Shown piece after piece: positions 56,969 to 64,000 of a stretch of DNA of 64,000 bases. Source of the DNA: a virus. The notes under the pieces were generated by a model. The model was not told the origin of the DNA and searched no databases. It was given only the letters and a program-made list of their open reading frames with translations. The stretch covers positions 1-64,000 of IMG/VR virus record IMGVR_UViG_3300033145_001087. One strand, written 5' to 3'. Each line of letters opens with the position of its first letter. The first letter of the stretch is position 1. Both the position numbers and the translations under genes were made by a program.

Positions 56969-58075
56969 TTACGAATAATTACTATTAGAATCTACTATAT
57001 AACATTTAGCATGTTCTACAGATAAATCTAATGTTTGTGATACAATATCTTCTGGTGCTCCTGGTATATTTATACTGTTAAATGCACAACTACCAAGTAC
57101 AATCCTAATAAAGTCATCTGATTCTGTTTTAACACCACCAACATCTCCAACTCTAACAAAATCCAAAGCAATTTGGTATTTAGAAAGTGTTGCTTGGTCT
57201 TCTGTTGCAGTATTGCTTCCAAGGAACCTTTGATACATCTCTCTAGTTGAAAAGTGTAGATTCAAATTTGCATCATAATCTCTTCCTTTTACTATTAGTT
57301 TTTTTAGTCCTCTTAGTGTCTGATGTGTACTAGTTGTTCCAGAAATATACCATATAGCTTCTAAGTTATTGTTAATATTAAAATCGAATCCATTAACTTC
57401 TGCAATTTGGTCTGCTGCTAAAACGACAGTATCTCCTACTACATTACCACTTGTTGCTGTTACAATACCTTGATAAAAAATGTATGGGTCTTTTGTTAAG
57501 TCAGTTACACTAGTTGCTGCGGCTGTTGAAACAGTTACTCCTTGAGCAATAAAATCACAGTTAATTCTAAGCGGTTCATCTATTGTTCCAGATAATCCTA
57601 AAGTATTAACTCTACATCCATCATAAACCCTTTTTAAGTTATTTGTAGTAGACATTGCACCAGTATCTTCTTCATCAGCAAATTCCATACAAAAACTTGG
57701 AAAGTTATCTGCTTCTGGTGATGCTGCACTTCCTAATGTGTGAAAATATGCAAATCCTGTAGTAGCATTTCCAGTATGAAATTTAGGTCCTGAATCTATT
57801 GTTGCACTACTTGCAGTATCTTCCCCAAACGCTTGTCTAAGAAATATTCCATCTTGTAAATAATATTCAAAGCTTCCTGAAATTTCGAATTTACCTGGTA
57901 CTATATTGCTGTAATCTCTATTTCCTCCTAAAGTTCTTATTTTTATAAGATTATTTGTTTCTGTAGGATTAATAGATTGCACTAAACCAAACGGTTTATC
58001 TATTGTAGCAGAGGAACCATATAACGATTCATTTGCCCAATATAAATTTTGTTTATATCCTGTTGCGACTCCCAT
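56969..58075 (-). CDS. major tail tube protein
   Basis: E..YG, GKFEISGSFE, YDGCRVNTL, FNINNNLE. Position in the tail operon. Confidence 0.85.
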   Translation of the reverse strand: MGVATGYKQNLYWANESLYGSSATIDKPFGLVQSINPTETNNLIKIRTLGGNRDYSNIVPGKFEISGSFEYYLQDGIFLRQAFGEDTASSATIDSGPKFHTGNATTGFAYFHTLGSAASPEADNFPSFCMEFADEEDTGAMSTTNNLKRVYDGCRVNTLGLSGTIDEPLRINCDFIAQGVTVSTAAATSVTDLTKDPYIFYQGIVTATSGNVVGDTVVLAADQIAEVNGFDFNINNNLEAIWYISGTTSTHQTLRGLKKLIVKGRDYDANLNLHFSTREMYQRFLGSNTATEDQATLSKYQIALDFVRVGDVGGVKTESDDFIRIVLGSCAFNSINIPGAPEDIVSQTLDLSVEHAKCYIVDSNSNYS

Positions 58076-58108
58076 AAGTCATCTCCTCCTTTTATAATAT
58101 GTTTTTAA

Positions 58109-58402
58109 TTATTTTTTTTCTTTTTTTAATGTTTTTCCTTCTCTTAATGTTTTTGCAGCGATAGATACATCTTTATTATCAAATACGCCATCGTTGTTTA
58201 AATCAAATTCATTTTTGACTTTTTTTTCTTTTATCTCTTTATCTCCCTTTACTAATGAAAAATCCTTATTTTTTAAAAGTTTTTCAGCTATATCTGGTGA
58301 AAGGTCTTTTATCTCTCCAGTACCCCATCTATTAAATATAGCGGACCCTACTCTTATTTTACAAGGATTTATACTTCTTCCATCGTATCTTACTTGAACC
58401 AT
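58109..58402 (-). CDS. small virion-associated protein with EF-hand/dockerin-like loop
   Basis: DLNNDGVFDNKD. Confidence 0.5.
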   Translation of the reverse strand: MVQVRYDGRSINPCKIRVGSAIFNRWGTGEIKDLSPDIAEKLLKNKDFSLVKGDKEIKEKKVKNEFDLNNDGVFDNKDVSIAAKTLREGKTLKKEKK

Positions 58403-58421
58403 TATATTTTCCTCCTTTCTT

Positions 58422-58826
58422 TTAACTTAATGCCTTTGTTTTTGTTAATTCTTCTCTTATTATACTAGGAGCTATAGATGCTCCTGCATCTCTACCTGCT
58501 TTCATAAATAAATATGGTGCTTTTGGATTAACAGATGACCAACTTTTTTTATTCCTTAGTTGTCTATCAAATTCTAAAAAAATACCATGTGGTGCATCTG
58601 AAAAAACTTTAGCATAAAAATCAGTTTCTGTTCCTATAGTAACAGTATATTGAATATTATTTATGATTAAACTTGGCATTTTTGTTGTTATTCTCTTTTT
58701 TTTATATTCAGCGATTGCTACATCTTTTACAATCATAGCCACTTTTTTATTAGCATTATTAATACCCCTACGAACATTTCTATTGATTTTATATAACTTA
58801 AATAGTCCTTTAACTTTTAATGGCAT
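58422..58826 (-). CDS. tail completion protein (HK97 gp10-like)
   Basis: APHGIFLEF...PYLFM..G. Confidence 0.6.
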   Translation of the reverse strand: MPLKVKGLFKLYKINRNVRRGINNANKKVAMIVKDVAIAEYKKKRITTKMPSLIINNIQYTVTIGTETDFYAKVFSDAPHGIFLEFDRQLRNKKSWSSVNPKAPYLFMKAGRDAGASIAPSIIREELTKTKALS

Positions 58827-58831
58827 TTAGT

Positions 58832-59314
58832 TCACCTATTAAAATATGCTATCCGTATAGTAACCGAACCAAAATAAAGTTGGGTATCGGGGTCGTATTC
58901 AATACGAGATGTATTTATATGTTTATACATCTTAACCCCTGCGGTATGAAGTGTGTTAAATTGAGCTTTTAATGTTTGTTTAATTTGTCCTAACCCATAT
59001 TCTACTAATTGTGAATTTTTATATTCAACCTCAGATACAGTAACTTTAAAACCATTTTTGCTTTGAAACCAAACATTTAAGAATAATTGTTCGTATTCCA
59101 TATAATTATCTCCTATATCTATAGGAATTGTTGGGTTATCTACTTTTTTAATTTCTATTTTAGGAAATTTAGCGTGAGTAGATGGTTCATCGGAAAAGAC
59201 CCAGAGAGAGCCACCTCTATAGTTACCACCGGCAGTTTCATAGGGGTCAATCATATAAGTTCTTAATACATTTCTTATTTCCTTTATTGCGGTTATTGAA
59301 TCCGTTTTAAACAC
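58832..59314 (-). CDS. tail terminator/completion protein (possible ACG start at 59305)
   Basis: P...FP.I.I...Q..L.VW. Position in the neck/tail operon. Confidence 0.65.
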   Translation of the reverse strand: MFKTDSITAIKEIRNVLRTYMIDPYETAGGNYRGGSLWVFSDEPSTHAKFPKIEIKKVDNPTIPIDIGDNYMEYEQLFLNVWFQSKNGFKVTVSEVEYKNSQLVEYGLGQIKQTLKAQFNTLHTAGVKMYKHINTSRIEYDPDTQLYFGSVTIRIAYFNR

Positions 59315-59969
59315 CCCCTAACATCTCTTTTAATATCTCTTTCCCAAAATCTATAAACTATATAATCCTGAGATTCTATAAATATTTTACTTGTTTAGCA
59401 TCTCTAGGTTTGCCTTTTGGATAATGATGCCAATAATCCCCATCACACATAATTATTGTATTTATTTCAGGTAACCAAAAATCAGCGATTCCTAATTTAT
59501 AAGGATGCTGTTTTATATATAAAAGGTCGTTAAAAAGTAATTCATTTTCGACCAACCGTTCTATTTTAGTATCTGCTACTAACATATTACCCTCTTTTAA
59601 TTGTTTAATAGTAGATTCTCTGTTTTGTTCACGTAATTGTTCAGCTTTTTCTTTACCATAAAGTTCTTTATATGTTTTGCCCTTCATTGGGTGTATATGA
59701 TTTTTCCAATGATTCTTTAATCCTTTTGCTGATTTTTTAACAGACGTTGGGTCACGTTTTTTACCTAACCAAAACCCACCAGATTCTTTCATTCGTTCTT
59801 TAGTTTTCTTGCTAATAACCGTTCGTGTTTCTTCTGAATATTTATTACCATAATTTGGATTATTTTTACCAATATTATGTATGGTATTCCATTTACCTTG
59901 GCATTTTCTATTACAAAAAGACTTATTACTAGTTAATTTACTACAATATTTACAATTATTACTATCCAT
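59293..59969 (-). pseudogene. NUMOD3 + DUF559/Vsr-like homing endonuclease, frameshifted near the C-terminus
   Basis: Paralog of 22217..23185. TAT TTA TAG stops early; the shifted frame continues ESQDYIVYRFWERDIKRDVRGCLKRIQ. Confidence 0.7.
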
Positions 59970-60038
59970 TTTCTGCCCTCGGCGAGAACCATACACCCTA
60001 CGGGAATATACTATTATCTATATAGGTATAGTAATACA

Positions 60039-60061
60039 ACTTCTCCTATATAAATGTTTCT
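60039..60061 (-). promoter_or_regulatory. BRE-TATA promoter of the endonuclease gene
   Basis: AGAAACATTTATATAGGAGAAGT on the minus strand. Confidence 0.75.
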
Positions 60062-60214
60062 ATTAGTATATTTTATCCAGTAAATCGTGGTTCTTTATTA
60101 TTTGATGTTCTTTTATTAACATCTATTACAAAATCTGTTTCTATTACCTTTTGTTTATCTTTTTTTGTAATATTAAATCCTTTATCAAGTTTTTTTGTTA
60201 TTTTACTCATTTAT

Positions 60215-61108
60215 TCACCATCCTACACTACCGATATAATTATTTTTATCAAAGTTTTGTGTAACTCTTCTCCTATTAACACCATAAATTGGGTCATAAT
60301 TTTGTACTTGTGAACTTAATTGTACACCAATACTATGTGATAATAGTTTTTCTACTTCTGTGACCCTTGTATTTATTACTCCTAATTCTTTACTACTTGT
60401 ACCACCAGAAGTCATATCAAGTTTTTCTAATAACCGTTGACATGTCCTATACAGAGATAACTTATGGAAAATACTAGGCACATAATGTATATCTATTTCA
60501 CAAGTAGTTTCTAGAGTATACCCACTAGATGCATATGGTAAAACTTCTATCATACCATATTGATTATTTGTTTTATAATGGTCATCTAAAAAAAATTCAA
60601 ATTTAGTTGTTGTGCCATAAAAAACTCTATCTACTCTATAGATATTTTCTTCTCCTACATAATACCTTTGCTGAACTGTATTATTTATTTTTCCTATTAC
60701 AGAATATGATGCTTTTAATGGTGTTCCTGATTCTATATAAATAAGGTCATCCACTTCTGTAATTGCATTAAATACATCATCATCTGTCCATCTTCCTACA
60801 GTATCTAATATATTTTTAATATCGTCTACTGTACAAAGCCGTAAAAGTTCTTCTGATGCTGTTGGGTCTGAATAATCTGAATAATATGTTCCATCATAAA
60901 ATCTTATTTTATACCAATGAGTTTTTGTCCCACTTGCATCTGTATATGTTGTTACCCAAGTATTTGCTGAAGTTTTTGCTTCACCATCACTTGTTGCGTT
61001 TATAGTATCTAATACCGTATAAGTTCCATAAATACTTGAACTTCTACTAATTTCTACGCTGGTAACTGTTGTTTCTCCTGGTGCTAACCACGAAATCTTT
61101 CTTGCCAT
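60215..61108 (-). CDS. head-tail adaptor/neck protein with N-terminal Fn3-like domain
   Basis: ISW...YTD..G....WYKIR...S.YS.P, then CTVDDIK (connector-like). Confidence 0.6.
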   Translation of the reverse strand: MARKISWLAPGETTVTSVEISRSSSIYGTYTVLDTINATSDGEAKTSANTWVTTYTDASGTKTHWYKIRFYDGTYYSDYSDPTASEELLRLCTVDDIKNILDTVGRWTDDDVFNAITEVDDLIYIESGTPLKASYSVIGKINNTVQQRYYVGEENIYRVDRVFYGTTTKFEFFLDDHYKTNNQYGMIEVLPYASSGYTLETTCEIDIHYVPSIFHKLSLYRTCQRLLEKLDMTSGGTSSKELGVINTRVTEVEKLLSHSIGVQLSSQVQNYDPIYGVNRRRVTQNFDKNNYIGSVGW

Positions 61109-61125
61109 ATTTTTTCACCTCATAA

Positions 61126-64000
61126 TTAGTAACTATCTGTTACATATGTTCGTTTTGTATATTCTGTTGATTTTACCGTTGGTTTGGTAATTCGTCCACT
61201 CTTTTCATCTATTATTGGTTTTGTTATCGTTCTGGTTACAGGATGTATTGATGGTCTTGTAATGGACATATCCTGTGTTTTAATGTCTGGTTGTGTTAAT
61301 ACTTTATCGGTTTTATTTATATTAGGTTTATTATATGCGTATGCTACATCTGTTATTTCTGGTGTTGAAGGCACTATATATCCAAGAGACAAAATTAAAC
61401 TATCAGATGTAATATTTTTTGAATAATTTCTGAAAACCTTGGTGTCGCTTAACAGATTCTTACTATAAGCACTAAGTATTTGGGATATAGAACGTATTGA
61501 AACCTCAGATGTAATTAATTCTATTAAAGAATTACTTATTATGTTTTTGCTATATGTCTGTAATATATAAGAATCAGACACAAAACTATCACTTATTGAT
61601 TGAATTAACCAAGAAGTTGATATAACATTCTTTTTTATATCAATAGTTTTAATATGCAAAACAGATTCAATGTTTTCAATTACAGTTCCTAATATATATG
61701 ATTCTGAAACAATATTTTTAAATGTTCGTTCTAAAACAAATAAACTACTTAATATGTCTTTTTCATTAGATAGCTTTAATATGTAAGATTCTGATGTAAA
61801 TTCTATTTTTGTAGCTAATCGTACTAGATAACTATTCGAAGATAAATTTTTACTAATACTACTCAATATATATGAATTACTAGATAAATTACTTTCCTCT
61901 TCTTTTGTTATCCAAGAATCACTTAGTATATTACTTTCATTAGATAATTTTATAATGTATGAAATACTTGTTATAGAGGTCTCATATTCAAGTTTTAAAA
62001 TATAGGAATCAGATAAAATATTCTTTTCTATATCAGATTTAAGTGTCCACGAATCAGAAAGTATATTTATCTCATTTGCAAGTTTTAATACATATGACTG
62101 ACTTATTATATTTTTTGAATTTAGTGCTAATATAAAAGAGTCACTAATTAAATTTTTACTTTCTCTTTTTAAAATCCATAAATCACTAAGTAGATTTTTT
62201 TCGTTTGCTAACTTTTTAATGTATGAAATAGATGTTATCGACCCTTCGTATCCAAGTTTTTTAATATACAGATTAGACAAAATGTTTTTAGAGTTAGTTG
62301 CTAATATAAAAGAATATGACTCTATATTTTGACTATAGGATGTAATAATAGTTGAATTACTTAAAATATTTTGTTCTACAGAAGGTGTTAATATATAACT
62401 ATCAGAACTAATAGTTTGTTCAGTTCCTAATACTTTAATATATGAATCTGAAAGGGTACTATTACATAAACTACAAAAAATGGATAAGTTAGAAAATATA
62501 TTTTTGCTTATAGTTGATAAAATATATGATTCACTTATAAGATTTTTTTCGTTCTCTGCTTTAAGGATGTAAGAGTTTGAAACTAATGAATTCTCATATC
62601 CAAGTTTTTTGATGTAAGAATCTGATAAAACATTCTTACTATATGAAGCAAGAACATATGAAGAGGATAAAAGATTCTTTTCAGTTTGTTTTAATATATG
62701 AAGTATACTTCCTATGATTTTTTCATTATCTACAATTAAGATATTAGAAACAGATATAATATTTTTATCATATGGTGCAGTTATATAACTAACAGAAACT
62801 AAATTTTTGTCAGTTAATTTCAATATTTGTAAATCTGACAGACTGTTTTTATCTACAATAGTATTAACCCATAAAATACTTGTTATATTAGAAAGATATC
62901 CTAATCTTTTAATATAAGATACACTTGATAAACTATTTTCGTATCCTAACTTTTTAATTATAGAATCCGAAATAATATTTTTACTATATGTAGATAAGAT
63001 GTATGAGTCACTTGTAAGATTTTTATCAGTACTTTTTTCTATGAAAGACTCTGATAAAATGTTTTTCTCTACATCTAATTTTTTAATATAAGATACTGAC
63101 AAGATGTTCTGTTCATAAGTCTGGTTTATATAGGAACTACTAATTAAATTTTTAGTTTGACCGGGCCACCCAATTTGTAAGTCAGAAAGCATATTCTTAG
63201 AGTATGTATATTGTTCTACAATTACTAATAAACTTGAAATATTCTGTTCATAGGCTAACTTTTTAATATAGTAATCAGATGAAATATTTTTACTTATACT
63301 TGCTAAAATAGTTAAATCAGATACTATATTTTTACTTTCTAATTTTAATATCCAAGAATTTGAGGTAATATTAATAGTATTAGATAATTTTTTAATATAT
63401 AAACTACTTAAAATACTGTTCTCATATCCAAGTTTTTTAATAATCGACTCAGATATTATACTTTTAATATAACTTGTTAATCTATAAGAGTCTGATATAA
63501 GATTCTTTTCTTGTGTTTTAAGTATCCATAAATCAGATTCAATATCTTTTTCATTAGCAAATTTTAAAATGTATGAATTGGATAATATGTTCTTATCTGT
63601 AGCTAATTTTTTGATGTATAAAATAGATAAGATGTTCTTAGCAACAGCACCAAATATATAGGAATCAGATAAAAGATTCTTTTCAATAATCTTTAAGATA
63701 AAAGAATCACTTATTAAATTATTTTCTGTAGCTAAACTTTTTATATATGAATTAGAAAGTGAGGAACTTTCATATCCAAGTTTTTTAATTAAGGAATCGC
63801 TCACTAAATTTTTAACATAACTTGATAAAATATAGGAATCAGATAAAAGATTCTTACTTGTTGGTTTACTTATCCATAAAGTAGATAACATATTTGTTTC
63901 TATATTATCTTTCAAAATATAACTATCAGATGTTACATTTTTCTCTGTTGCAAGTTTTTTAATAAACGTATTAGATAAAAGGTTTTTATCAACAGTTCCT
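61126..64000 (-). CDS. large repeat protein (~14-16-aa tandem repeats), 5' end beyond the window
   Basis: Dozens of KN[IL][LI]S.S[YW]I[LK]K units; frame open to position 63999. Confidence 0.8.
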   Translation of the reverse strand, partial: GTVDKNLLSNTFIKKLATEKNVTSDSYILKDNIETNMLSTLWISKPTSKNLLSDSYILSSYVKNLVSDSLIKKLGYESSSLSNSYIKSLATENNLISDSFILKIIEKNLLSDSYIFGAVAKNILSILYIKKLATDKNILSNSYILKFANEKDIESDLWILKTQEKNLISDSYRLTSYIKSIISESIIKKLGYENSILSSLYIKKLSNTINITSNSWILKLESKNIVSDLTILASISKNISSDYYIKKLAYEQNISSLLVIVEQYTYSKNMLSDLQIGWPGQTKNLISSSYINQTYEQNILSVSYIKKLDVEKNILSESFIEKSTDKNLTSDSYILSTYSKNIISDSIIKKLGYENSLSSVSYIKRLGYLSNITSILWVNTIVDKNSLSDLQILKLTDKNLVSVSYITAPYDKNIISVSNILIVDNEKIIGSILHILKQTEKNLLSSSYVLASYSKNVLSDSYIKKLGYENSLVSNSYILKAENEKNLISESYILSTISKNIFSNLSIFCSLCNSTLSDSYIKVLGTEQTISSDSYILTPSVEQNILSNSTIITSYSQNIESYSFILATNSKNILSNLYIKKLGYEGSITSISYIKKLANEKNLLSDLWILKRESKNLISDSFILALNSKNIISQSYVLKLANEINILSDSWTLKSDIEKNILSDSYILKLEYETSITSISYIIKLSNESNILSDSWITKEEESNLSSNSYILSSISKNLSSNSYLVRLATKIEFTSESYILKLSNEKDILSSLFVLERTFKNIVSESYILGTVIENIESVLHIKTIDIKKNVISTSWLIQSISDSFVSDSYILQTYSKNIISNSLIELITSEVSIRSISQILSAYSKNLLSDTKVFRNYSKNITSDSLILSLGYIVPSTPEITDVAYAYNKPNINKTDKVLTQPDIKTQDMSITRPSIHPVTRTITKPIIDEKSGRITKPTVKSTEYTKRTYVTDSY

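Noticed and set aside
1904-61426. Short antisense or nested ORFs in the track (e.g. 1904-2113, 21594-21941, 39744-40151, 42527-42913, 55705-56031, 56501-56950)
   Set aside because: They are shadows of well-supported genes on the opposite strand, F/L/S/I-rich, with no SD or motifs.
1-64000. Cellular archaeal chromosome, or a specific host assignment
   Set aside because: There are no ribosomal or core metabolic genes, and the two-block viral layout includes a full tail module. A DPANN or other anaerobic archaeal host is plausible but cannot be fixed without phylogeny or spacer matches.

Overview
This window is a 64-kb slice of an AT-rich tailed (siphovirus-like Caudoviricetes) virus of an archaeal host. 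The host call rests on repeated BRE-TATA promoters, GGTGA/GGAGG Shine-Dalgarno sites and an archaeal-type replisome (RadA, PCNA, RFC, PolB with intein, AEP primases, Hjc-like resolvase). NrdDG and a B12 radical SAM enzyme suggest an anaerobic host. The plus strand (1-45.1 kb) holds accessory, RNA-repair, tRNA, nucleotide-metabolism and replication genes, and the minus strand (45.4-64 kb) holds lysis, tail and neck genes. The main result has two linked parts. The virus encodes a complete ubiquitin-like conjugation operon (Ubl, coiled-coil E2, JAB peptidase, E1) plus a second stand-alone E2 paralog. Interleaved with these are at least 11 divergent small proteins, most of them SH3/KOW-like, that all carry one C-terminal peptide tag, (K)[IV]TNW[KR]xE[LIVM]. 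This looks like a modular adaptor or substrate system that I do not recognise as described. Other signals are a candidate ribosomal stop-hop in a phosphoesterase, ATT/ACG start codons on polB and dut, an intein at an atypical PolB site, a palindromic iteron locus, structured ncRNA candidates and a membrane-anchored glycoprotein-like giant in the tail module. All calls come from reading motifs by eye; no database searches were run.
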